From the IMG/VR virus record IMGVR_UViG_3300035698_000810, positions 2,839 through 66,838 of that record: DNA of 64,000 bases; one strand, given 5' to 3'. This document shows positions 45,065-54,004 of the stretch, one piece after another (the stretch's first letter is position 1; the number at the start of each line of letters is the position of its first letter). The DNA is from a virus. The notes beneath the pieces are model-generated. The model was not told where the DNA came from and made no database searches. It was given only the letters and a program-made list of their open reading frames with translations. Position numbers and translations under genes: made by a program.

Positions 45065-46612
45065 ATGGCGTCCTTTGATAAGGACCTCATGAAACTGTTC
45101 GCGGGGGACGATAGGGCTCACGGAACTTACGACTTTAGTAAAGCACAGACGAACGCTGCTAAGAAGAACAAAGTTGAAGGTACCGGATACACCCGTCGCA
45201 CCCCGCCTACAGTTGAACTGTGGGGTAGACATTTAGCTGGGACATATAGCCTTGGCATCATACCAATACGTGATGACAACAGCTGTGTGTGGGGAGCTAT
45301 CGACGTTGATCAGTATGATCTTAATCATGCACGGTTAGCAGAGGAAATTGATAGGTACGGATTACCACTCGTACCTTGTCGAACTAAATCAGGTGGAGCG
45401 CACCTATATCTATTTGTTGATAGTCCTGTTCCTGCTGCGGATATAAAAGAACAGCTTGAGTTACTATCAAACGAGCTAGGCTTCGGCGGCTCGGAAGTAT
45501 TTCCTAAACAAACTGAAGTCCTAGTCGAGCGTGGCGACGTCGGCAACTGGCTTAACATGCCGTACTATAGGCATGATAAGACTGACAGGTACGCCTTCGA
45601 TAGTAAGGGTAATGCCTTATCATTGAAACAGTTCTTAGAGTTAGCGAAAAAGAGAACGGTCGAGGCTAGTACAGTCGGCGACATATCAATACCGGAAGCC
45701 GCTAACTCGCTGGCTGAAGGTCCCCCGTGTCTACAACATCTCATACGACAAGGTTTTCCGCAAGGCACCAGGAACTCTGGCTTGTTTAACCTCGGCGTGT
45801 ATCTCAGGAAGGCGCGGCCTGATACGTGGAAAGAGGAACTAGAGAAGTTCAATCAAGAGTATATGCAACCACCGCTTAACGCAATGGAAGTCTTATCTGT
45901 ACAAAAGACTCTGGACAAGAGGCAGTATGAATACACCTGTAAGCAACAGCCCATATCTGCTTTCTGCAGCATGGGCCTTTGCCGAACTAAACAATTTGGT
46001 GTCGGCCACGACGGCACAGTTAGTGGTGCGTCAGCATTTCCAACTATTTCTGGACTCTCAAAGCTTGACTCACGTCCCCCAATTTGGTTCCTCGATATCA
46101 ACGGCTGCCGCATCCAGTTAGACACTGAAGAGCTGCAGTCTCAGAATCTCTTTCAACGCGTGTGCATGGACGAGATTAACGTTGTTACTCCTTCTATGAA
46201 CAAACAACAGTGGCAGAACATGGTTGCTGGCTTGATGAAGGGCGTAGTTATAATCGAGGCACCGGATGACATGTCCCCGCAAGGACAGTTCTGGGAGATG
46301 GTCGAGAAGTTCTGTACTCAGAAGGCACAGGCCAAGGCTAAAGAGGAAATCGTTCTCGGTAAACCTTGGATGGACAATGGTTTCGTTTACATACGCATGA
46401 TAGACCTACGCGCGTACATGGACAGGAACAGGTTCAGAGACTACAAGGTACATGAGATGGGTAGCCTGTTAAAGAAGTACGGTGGTGAGTCTATACGCAT
46501 GAACATCAAGGGCCGTAATATTAACTTGTGGAAGTTACCAGGGTTTGCTGAAGAGTCTGACGACAGTCTCCACGTGCCAGATAACTTACGTGATGAAGAT
46601 CAGGTGTATTGA
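45065..46612 (+). CDS. AEP-superfamily primase-polymerase with PriCT-like domain
   Basis: WGAIDVD, TKSGGAHLYLF, GNWLNMPY, PPCL, GTRNSGLF. Confidence 0.85.
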   Translation: MASFDKDLMKLFAGDDRAHGTYDFSKAQTNAAKKNKVEGTGYTRRTPPTVELWGRHLAGTYSLGIIPIRDDNSCVWGAIDVDQYDLNHARLAEEIDRYGLPLVPCRTKSGGAHLYLFVDSPVPAADIKEQLELLSNELGFGGSEVFPKQTEVLVERGDVGNWLNMPYYRHDKTDRYAFDSKGNALSLKQFLELAKKRTVEASTVGDISIPEAANSLAEGPPCLQHLIRQGFPQGTRNSGLFNLGVYLRKARPDTWKEELEKFNQEYMQPPLNAMEVLSVQKTLDKRQYEYTCKQQPISAFCSMGLCRTKQFGVGHDGTVSGASAFPTISGLSKLDSRPPIWFLDINGCRIQLDTEELQSQNLFQRVCMDEINVVTPSMNKQQWQNMVAGLMKGVVIIEAPDDMSPQGQFWEMVEKFCTQKAQAKAKEEIVLGKPWMDNGFVYIRMIDLRAYMDRNRFRDYKVHEMGSLLKKYGGESIRMNIKGRNINLWKLPGFAEESDDSLHVPDNLRDEDQVY

Positions 46613-46872
46613 TGAAGAGATGGAACCCTAAGTTAGGGCAAATCATAACCATTGAAGAGTACGCTAGGCGCAGACCTGAGATTTCTGTTGGCTACGGTAT
46701 CGACTGGGATAAGGAAATAGCTGAGTGGGAAGCACGCTGCATTAGGACCCTAAACGAAGGCTTCACACAGGTACGTACTGAGGCTGAACTGCAACAAACC
46801 AAAGATTGGGAAGCGCAATTTGCCAAGGGTCTGAAAGAGACGTCACGTATTTGGGTTGAGCATGACGCGTAA
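46609..46872 (+). CDS. hypothetical protein
   Basis: 87 aa, overlaps both neighbours. Confidence 0.55.
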   Translation: MMKRWNPKLGQIITIEEYARRRPEISVGYGIDWDKEIAEWEARCIRTLNEGFTQVRTEAELQQTKDWEAQFAKGLKETSRIWVEHDA

Positions 46873-48349
46873 CATTGTCCTAGGTCCCCCTGGTACGGGT
46901 AAGACGACCCATCTCCTTAGCTTAGTAGACGAGGCACTCACAAATGGAATCCCACCAGACCAAATCTGTTTCCTCACCTTCAGTCGCAAAGGAGCGGAGG
47001 AGGCCATCAGCAGGGCCGTTCAAAAATTTAACCTCAGCGCAGATCAGTTTCCTTATTTCAGAACTGTTCACTCCCTCTGCTACAAACAACTCGGCCTATC
47101 TCGTTCGAGGGTCCTTCAGAGGGACCATGTCTCCGACCTTGGAGATAAGCTTGGACTCGAACTCTCAGGGGCGGTCAACATTGGCGAAGACTTATTCTCC
47201 ACTGGTCGCGGTGACGATAAGCTCCTATTCCTAGAGAACCTATCACGTACGCGGTGTGTAAGTATACGAGAACAGTTCGACGACTACGAGTCTGACTCGG
47301 TTAGTTGGGCGGGGCTTGATCAGTTATCAAGGGCATTGGCAGCGTACAAACAACAGTACAACCTTATAGACTACACGGATATGTTGTCTGAGTTCTGCAG
47401 TGTAGGGTTCGCGCCACAGTTTGAATTACTACTAGTTGATGAGGCACAGGACCTCAGCGCGCTTCAATGGAAGGTCGTAAACAAGTTAGAAGAGGGGAGC
47501 AAAAGTGTCAACATTGCAGGAGACGACGATCAAGGTATCTTTCGCTGGGCAGGTGCTGACGTTGAGACATTCATTGAGCTCGAAGGAACTGTACATATCC
47601 TTGACCAGTCTTATCGCGTCCCTAAGGAAATCCAGAGCCTCGCACTCTCTATCATTTCAACAGTTGAAGCACGACGTGACAAGAGCTGGACTGCTCGACC
47701 AGGTACTGACGGTAAGGTTAACCATGTTACCTCTCCCGAAGACATTGATCTATCTGCGGGCACTTGGCTTCTCTTGGCTCGGAACTCCTACATGCTCAAA
47801 GAACTCGAGAGGGTTGTAAGACTGCAGGGCTACGCGTACGACATGCAAGGTAAGTCTCCACTCAGTAACCCGGCTGTTACAGCCATACGCGTATGGGAGA
47901 CCATGCGCAGAGGTAAGGCACTGGCTAAGGCTCATGTTCGGTCTGCACTGGCCTATGTTAGGAAGGCTGACGTAGATGCCTTCGCTGATACTGACTCGCA
48001 GGAGTGGACACTCAAAGAACTATTCGACAAGGGCTGGATTCCTAGTACCGGCATCTGGCACGTAGCGTTAGACGGTATAGATCCAGATGATAGAGAATAT
48101 CTGATTAGTGTACTGCGTAATGGAGAGTCGCTGACCAAGACTCCTCGCATCAAGCTGGCGACGATGCACGGCAGTAAGGGTGGTGAGGCTGACAACGTTG
48201 TATTACTATCGGACGTAGCACCCAGGACCTTTGATGAGATGATGGACCGTCCTGACGATGAGGCCCGCGTATTCTACGTTGGCATAACCAGGGCTCGCGA
48301 GACCTTATATATCGTGACCCCAAACACGGGTTATTACTATGACCTCTAG
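46856..48349 (+). CDS. UvrD/Rep-like SF1 helicase
   Basis: GPPGTGKT, DEAQD, GDDDQ, QSYR, TMHGSKGGE, YVGITRA. Confidence 0.92.
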   Translation: MSMTRNIVLGPPGTGKTTHLLSLVDEALTNGIPPDQICFLTFSRKGAEEAISRAVQKFNLSADQFPYFRTVHSLCYKQLGLSRSRVLQRDHVSDLGDKLGLELSGAVNIGEDLFSTGRGDDKLLFLENLSRTRCVSIREQFDDYESDSVSWAGLDQLSRALAAYKQQYNLIDYTDMLSEFCSVGFAPQFELLLVDEAQDLSALQWKVVNKLEEGSKSVNIAGDDDQGIFRWAGADVETFIELEGTVHILDQSYRVPKEIQSLALSIISTVEARRDKSWTARPGTDGKVNHVTSPEDIDLSAGTWLLLARNSYMLKELERVVRLQGYAYDMQGKSPLSNPAVTAIRVWETMRRGKALAKAHVRSALAYVRKADVDAFADTDSQEWTLKELFDKGWIPSTGIWHVALDGIDPDDREYLISVLRNGESLTKTPRIKLATMHGSKGGEADNVVLLSDVAPRTFDEMMDRPDDEARVFYVGITRARETLYIVTPNTGYYYDL

Positions 48350-48629
48350 ACAAGGTAATCCTGCAGCACGTAACTTGTTAATTATGCCGAATGGCTCGAG
48401 CCAGGCGGGGGACTTCGCACAAAGCACTATGGTTGCGTTTGATCTGGACGCCGAAGCGTGGTACGTAATAGGCTGGGGCGCTGCACCCATGGGTCGTCAG
48501 TTTGATAAAATCGTGGCAATACGGGGTGACTACCATGGCTCACAGACATGTAAAGAGAACGCAGCGGCATGGTTTGAGGAGTCAGTTCGCCGTCGTTTAG
48601 CACCTGATGGAAAGCTATATATAATATAG
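48339..48629 (+). CDS. hypothetical protein
   Basis: 96 aa overlapping the helicase stop; last gene of the plus-strand block. Confidence 0.5.
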   Translation: MTSRQGNPAARNLLIMPNGSSQAGDFAQSTMVAFDLDAEAWYVIGWGAAPMGRQFDKIVAIRGDYHGSQTCKENAAAWFEESVRRRLAPDGKLYII

Positions 48630-48725
48630 CCACCTTGTCTATCTGTTTATTTAGTACAATTCATTTATAGCCAAGGCCACCAGGAAGAGTGGGTATATAG
48701 ACAACAACCTCTAAGACCACCCGTT

Positions 48726-50075
48726 TCACTTAATAACCTTCTTTCCCTTTTCCCACCACTTATTATGTGGCTTTATAGTCCTCGCCATGGAGATACGCTG
48801 ATCAGTCATCTGACCTACTAGCTTGTCGTCGTTCCAGGCTTTTTTACGGTGGATCACATTGGCTGAGTCTGTCCACTCGATAAAGGCTTCTTGATCCATA
48901 AGACACTGGAGCAACCACTGCCAGTCGTATGGCCGCTTACTTTTCCACACGCACCATGTCTTGTTGATGCCGTACTTGCATAGCCAGGCTACGTCAGCTG
49001 CATGGAACAGGTATATCCAGTCATCTCTACGGACCAGTACAAATCGACACAGCTTAGTTGACCCGTACCTAGCGAACCACGCACGCTGCGACGGCCGCAC
49101 GTACACCTTGTTGGTGTCAGTAACCTTAAGCTCTATCCAGAATGAGTGAGAGTCTATAGCTCCGAATACGTCAGCCACTCCAGACGTTGCTGTGTTCTCT
49201 ATCCTAGTCCACTCAACCATGTCCAGTGCATTTTTAACTGCACCCCAGAATCTAGCTTCGGTCATCTTTCGCTTTTCCTTTTTAACCTTGACTGGTGCCT
49301 TGATGTCAAGCAGCTTATTTATAACGGCTAATGAAATCTTATACGCTGCACCGGCTTGCTCAGGCGTCATGAGGTTGGATGCTACCAACGATTTAATATC
49401 GGACTCTTGCGCAGCCGACAGGGCTGACTGACGATAGAACCTTGCAGCCTCAGGATGGGTCTGTGCCAGTATCATTAAGTCCTTACGACTCAGTATGTCT
49501 TTATACTTCTTGCGGAACTGCTTGGGTATGATGCCCTGGTTCTCGCCCATGAGCACATAGTCCAGGTTCTCTATGTCTTGCCAGTTCTCTGGATTGAAGT
49601 CCCTGAACCTGACGCAGTGAGTTGAGGGTCTGGGTCCCAGCTTGATTGCCGTGTGTATGTCTGCCAGCCTGACAACCTGGTACTCTCCCTTACCGTCTCT
49701 CAGCCACGTGACTCTCTCGCCAGTGGCATCTATTTGGTATACAGGATTCAGGTGTATCTTGTACCGATGGTTTTGGATCCAACCCTTTGTTAATGCGATG
49801 TCGTATGTTTCGAACCCAGGTATCTTATGCCACTTAACCGAGCTAAGCTCTGAGTCTGGAAGGACATGTGGCCAGTTGGGTAGCGGCCTACACTTAACAG
49901 ACCCTACATACTTGGTAGGTCTGCGTATCATTACTGCCAGGTTGCGTGGCTGCCATAGATTACCACTGCGCTCTTTAGGTACAGCGAACTTGCCACCGAC
50001 TCTATTAGGTTCGGTGCCTATCCAGGCGGGTACGACAGCACGCGGGTCTCTGTTAAGCTTACGCCGCCAGGTCAT
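48726..50075 (-). CDS. fusion of a degenerate NUMOD4/HNH-like region and a PD-(D/E)xK (VRR-NUC/resolvase-like) nuclease
   Basis: WHKIPGFETY...GPRP..CVRFRDFNPEN..IENL, then EARFW...RIEN...GVADV...WIELK...RPSQRAW; start uncertain (50075 or 50105). Confidence 0.7.
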   Translation of the reverse strand: MTWRRKLNRDPRAVVPAWIGTEPNRVGGKFAVPKERSGNLWQPRNLAVMIRRPTKYVGSVKCRPLPNWPHVLPDSELSSVKWHKIPGFETYDIALTKGWIQNHRYKIHLNPVYQIDATGERVTWLRDGKGEYQVVRLADIHTAIKLGPRPSTHCVRFRDFNPENWQDIENLDYVLMGENQGIIPKQFRKKYKDILSRKDLMILAQTHPEAARFYRQSALSAAQESDIKSLVASNLMTPEQAGAAYKISLAVINKLLDIKAPVKVKKEKRKMTEARFWGAVKNALDMVEWTRIENTATSGVADVFGAIDSHSFWIELKVTDTNKVYVRPSQRAWFARYGSTKLCRFVLVRRDDWIYLFHAADVAWLCKYGINKTWCVWKSKRPYDWQWLLQCLMDQEAFIEWTDSANVIHRKKAWNDDKLVGQMTDQRISMARTIKPHNKWWEKGKKVIK

Positions 50076-52035
50076 ATTTTTTAACATCACCCCAGTTAGC
50101 ACCAATCTCTGTGTCTACTTTCATAGGTACAGAGATTTGCGGAACGTCCCTCATTACTTCTTGGATGAGCTTGATGTCTTTGTCTGATCCGATTGTTGCG
50201 TCCAGTTCATCGTGTACTGTAACAAGGATACGATCAGCAACGCCGGCTTCTTGGGCGCAGATCAGGTTACGTTTAATAATCTCTGCAGCTGAACCCTGAA
50301 CAAGTCTATTGAGAGCCTTGTGTGTGTACGCGCGCCGCAACGGTTTGTTGTACCAGATCTTATTAGTTGGATCTTTCTGTAACTTGAGAGCTGACGCGTA
50401 GTCTGTCGCCGCAGTCCTTACTCCCCAGTCTGCAGGCTCCCATAGTGGGAAGCGACTATGGTGGCCGAACGCAAGTTTCAACCAGCCACGGTTAGTTGCT
50501 GTGTTGCTTACGTGCTCTATGAGTTTGGATATGAATGGTGCATTCTCATTGTATTGTGCGATGATACCTCTTGCTGCCTCTTTCGTAACGCCCAGCTTGA
50601 TCGCGAGACTGGCTTCCATCATACCGTATGTGATGCCGAGGTTGATCGTCTTGGCAGGCTTACGAGCGAGACCAGTCATGTCAGCCACCATCTGGTGGAA
50701 GTCTGTGCTCGGGTCGTTGATGAACATGTTGCGTGCTTCTTCGGCGCCTTCAAAACCTAATATAGCTGCATAGTGAACAGTGATGCGGGGTTCCTGTTGA
50801 CTGTGATCGAATACTCCCCACCTATCCCCTTGTTCAGGCATGAAGCAACTTCGGAATTGTCTGCCTAACAGGGGTTTGTTGTCACCCGGAGCTTGTTGCA
50901 GGTTAGGGTTGCGGTACGCGTACCTGTAGGATACTGTGCCGCCTCCGTCAGACTTAGTAGGATGGATGCCAGCATGTATACGATACTCATCATTGTGGAA
51001 GGCTACATTTCCTGCAATCATTCCATCCAGGTAGGTTGAACAAATAGTACTCAGCTCCCGAGCCTGGAATACCATCTTAGGAAGCCAGTGAGGGTTCTCT
51101 GACCAAGTGTCCTTAGCAAAAGAAGGATTACCTTTTTCTGTACGCTCCACTATAAGTGATTCCTGCTTCCAAGCAGCCTCAAGAGAACCGGGACTCCAGA
51201 TGTCTAGCTTCCAGCCCAGCTGCTTACGCAGCTCGTCATGTATCAGAACCTCTTTAGCCTGCCACTCAGTGCGTAACTGGTCTACCCGATCCATGTCTAC
51301 GCGTATACCGCGCCAGCGCATCTTCATGTGCAGCTTAAGCAGAGCCATCTCCATCTTAATCGCTGGACCTAGACCCTGTTTCTCTATCTCTTTGAGCTGT
51401 TCGACGTAGACCTTACCGGTTAGATCACCATCACCTTCAGCGTAGGGACCAACAAACCTTGCGGGTAATTCCCAGATGCGCCCCATATACGCTCGAGGAG
51501 TCTGCCCCCAGCCCATACCAAGCGCTGCCTCACGGACCAGGTTCTTAACCTTTCTTTCACCAACATACTTATCGCCCACCGAATCAAGACTGTAGTGTCT
51601 TCGGTTCTCATCAATGACGGCTTCAGCGACCATAGTATCGAAGACAGGTCCGGCCACTTCAACGCCTTCGGACATAAGTACTTCAAGGTCGTAGCTTGAA
51701 TTATGCATGACGATCGTCTGTCTTGGACGGCCCAACTGTTCCTCAACATAGGCGTTAACTCGATTGAGAGGTAGATTTCCACCACCTTCGTGCCGTACTG
51801 GTAGATAGAGAGTTTGACCAGGGACATGGAAGACATGCCCAATTGCGTAGCAATCGGGATCGCGGCGAGCGAACCCAGGTCCCTTAGACATAAGGTTACC
51901 GTCTCTGGTTTCAGAGTCATACGCGATCCATTCATAGTTAGAAAGATCGGGCCACTCCGTCGGAGCAACCCAATCAGACTCAGGCATGCTGAGTCCCATA
52001 GATATCTGGTTAGGAGACTGCTGTGTTTTCACCAT
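50059..52035 (-). CDS. polA: family A DNA polymerase with 3'-5' exonuclease
   Basis: YDSET, HNSSYD, YAEGD; PNLQQ; DHSQQEPR; KTINLGITYGM; VQGSAA; VHDE. Confidence 0.95.
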   Translation of the reverse strand: MVKTQQSPNQISMGLSMPESDWVAPTEWPDLSNYEWIAYDSETRDGNLMSKGPGFARRDPDCYAIGHVFHVPGQTLYLPVRHEGGGNLPLNRVNAYVEEQLGRPRQTIVMHNSSYDLEVLMSEGVEVAGPVFDTMVAEAVIDENRRHYSLDSVGDKYVGERKVKNLVREAALGMGWGQTPRAYMGRIWELPARFVGPYAEGDGDLTGKVYVEQLKEIEKQGLGPAIKMEMALLKLHMKMRWRGIRVDMDRVDQLRTEWQAKEVLIHDELRKQLGWKLDIWSPGSLEAAWKQESLIVERTEKGNPSFAKDTWSENPHWLPKMVFQARELSTICSTYLDGMIAGNVAFHNDEYRIHAGIHPTKSDGGGTVSYRYAYRNPNLQQAPGDNKPLLGRQFRSCFMPEQGDRWGVFDHSQQEPRITVHYAAILGFEGAEEARNMFINDPSTDFHQMVADMTGLARKPAKTINLGITYGMMEASLAIKLGVTKEAARGIIAQYNENAPFISKLIEHVSNTATNRGWLKLAFGHHSRFPLWEPADWGVRTAATDYASALKLQKDPTNKIWYNKPLRRAYTHKALNRLVQGSAAEIIKRNLICAQEAGVADRILVTVHDELDATIGSDKDIKLIQEVMRDVPQISVPMKVDTEIGANWGDVKKYDLAA

Positions 52036-52834
52036 TATTAATGGTACCCTTACGTTTTAGTGGAAATTGCGTGCCGCAGTAGTAGCCCTCCATGCACTGC
52101 CACCACCAGTTACCAGAACTATCATGATCTAGGTGTAATGGACTATCACAGAGTGGACACGGCTCTGTTGCTACTGCACCTGGTAGTGATGCAAGTCCAG
52201 GCTCCAGTAGGTCCTTCGCTAATGATCTAACAGAAGCTTTGTATACCCACGCTCGTTGCTTAACCTCTCCATCTTTTCGGTAGTACGCGTACCAGCCATC
52301 TTGTGCATGGGATGGTATAGACTGTGTTGGCTCGTGCCCTAGCCACTCATTCATGGCCATAGTGTAGTGTGGCTCAGCGTACTTTTCAGCAAATACTATT
52401 CGCTGACACCCTGTGTTTTTGAGGAGCTTGATGCAGGTGATACAGGGTGATGTTGTGATGTAGGCCGTATGAATATCCCGTACTTCCCGACACTGAAGAA
52501 GAGCGTTTTGTTCCGCGTGTATAGCGACACACTTATCCAGGTCGCGACCACTGTCAGCAGTAGCACCGGCACAAGGAGATTTAATACAGTGAGGTGCTCC
52601 TGACGAAGCGCCGTTATAACCAGTGGCAAGAATACGCTTATGCTCATCAACGAGTACGCACCCAACAGCCCGACGAATACAAGTCCCACGCTCCGAAACG
52701 TCTTGCGCAAGATTGGTATGGTAAGTAAGCTCATCCGGCCTTACTCTTCTTTTGGCTCTTCCTTGTACCATATATGCCACTCCTCTAGGGCTTTTGGACT
52801 GGGGCGGTCCTCGCCTGGTGCCCATGCAAAACAA
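52010..52834 (-). CDS. dCMP deaminase with C-terminal Zn-ribbon (true start probably about 52771)
   Basis: TCIRRAVGCVLV..TGYNG..HAEQNA..SPCITC; C-terminal CPLC...C.....C. Confidence 0.88.
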   Translation of the reverse strand: MFCMGTRRGPPQSKSPRGVAYMVQGRAKRRVRPDELTYHTNLAQDVSERGTCIRRAVGCVLVDEHKRILATGYNGASSGAPHCIKSPCAGATADSGRDLDKCVAIHAEQNALLQCREVRDIHTAYITTSPCITCIKLLKNTGCQRIVFAEKYAEPHYTMAMNEWLGHEPTQSIPSHAQDGWYAYYRKDGEVKQRAWVYKASVRSLAKDLLEPGLASLPGAVATEPCPLCDSPLHLDHDSSGNWWWQCMEGYYCGTQFPLKRKGTINNGENTAVS

Positions 52835-53172
52835 TGAGCGCCTACAATAACATGTACATCTGGTATGTGCTTAGGAAACATGATGGACTCTTCAGCGAAG
52901 TCACCAGTAAAGATAGCTGCATCATCACGCTCAGGTGTAGTGATACGGTCTAACTCGATACAGTCACGGGTGAGACCAGCCGCGTACAGCTTACCACCAG
53001 CCGCTTCGCGACGCATAGGCTTCCCTGCTCCGTTCACCAACACGTATACTCTGAAGTGCTCTGATGCATCCACCAGCCACTCACACGCGCCGTCCAATAC
53101 CTTGTCTTCTGTTGGGTCGTATAAGAAACCCTCGAACCATACGCCTAATTTAGGTTTCGCCATTCTTCTCAT
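52741..53172 (-). CDS. degenerate HAD-like protein
   Basis: LGVWFEGFLY aligns to the HAD DxDG motif; VLDGACEWL...FRVYVL. Confidence 0.45.
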   Translation of the reverse strand: MRRMAKPKLGVWFEGFLYDPTEDKVLDGACEWLVDASEHFRVYVLVNGAGKPMRREAAGGKLYAAGLTRDCIELDRITTPERDDAAIFTGDFAEESIMFPKHIPDVHVIVGAHCFAWAPGEDRPSPKALEEWHIWYKEEPKEE

Positions 53173-54004
53173 CCTTCTGTCTGTAGTATGTTATGATCTC
53201 GGATAGCCAGGTATCTACACCAGCCTCAAGGTCTTTGAGACCGCGCAAGTGATCAACAGTACCTACCCAACTAACCAACTGATCTGCGCGACCATACGGT
53301 AGGTAGCTGAATAGGGTATCTATATCATCTACAGCTATTCTTGCTGCGCGGTAGTTGGTATCGTATATGTGCTGTGAACCAGCATTCAACACTAGCTTAC
53401 CTAGTTCTAAGTCAGGATACTTAAACCTAAGTTCAGACAGTATGCCAATGGATATGTTACTGAAGTTAACAACGTCGTATGGTACACCTAGCCACGCATC
53501 TGATGAACGCATGTTGGCCATGCAGTGTAGCTTTTCTTCTCTTATGAACCACTGTAGGGTTAGCGTGCACGGTATATCTTTAGAGAAACCTGGGTTCTGT
53601 TGCCATATAGACATCGTCGCCTGCCTAGAGTCTTTGTCCATGAATAACGTATCAACAATGTATCTTAGCTGTCTTATAACCCACGGTCCATACGCACCGA
53701 AGAATACTTCGCCGTCGTCGGAGAACCTGGATACAGCCTTGGAGTAAGGACCTATACTCTCGAGGTCATTACGCCCGTCCATAATCCACCAGCTCTCAGC
53801 TGCAGCGAACTTGTAACCTAGCGCTCGGCTCGGAGTCGTAATGAGCGGCCGGTTCATGTCCCACACAGAGGTGTGACCGAGTATTTCCGTTATGCCTAAC
53901 CCCCTTGGTTCACAGTATGATCCAAGGGTTAGTATTTTATCCAGTATCGAACGCCACACCTGATTAGGATTTTGGAAGTCGTTTACGTTTGTTCTATTCA
54001 GCAA
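53150..54004 (-). CDS. thymidylate-synthase-superfamily enzyme, predicted dCMP-acting (methyl/hydroxymethyl-transferase type)
   Basis: FSDDG..GAYG, DSRQA, DIPC, MRSSDAWLGVPYD, GSQHIY. Confidence 0.88.
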   Translation of the reverse strand: MLNRTNVNDFQNPNQVWRSILDKILTLGSYCEPRGLGITEILGHTSVWDMNRPLITTPSRALGYKFAAAESWWIMDGRNDLESIGPYSKAVSRFSDDGEVFFGAYGPWVIRQLRYIVDTLFMDKDSRQATMSIWQQNPGFSKDIPCTLTLQWFIREEKLHCMANMRSSDAWLGVPYDVVNFSNISIGILSELRFKYPDLELGKLVLNAGSQHIYDTNYRAARIAVDDIDTLFSYLPYGRADQLVSWVGTVDHLRGLKDLEAGVDTWLSEIITYYRQKDEKNGET

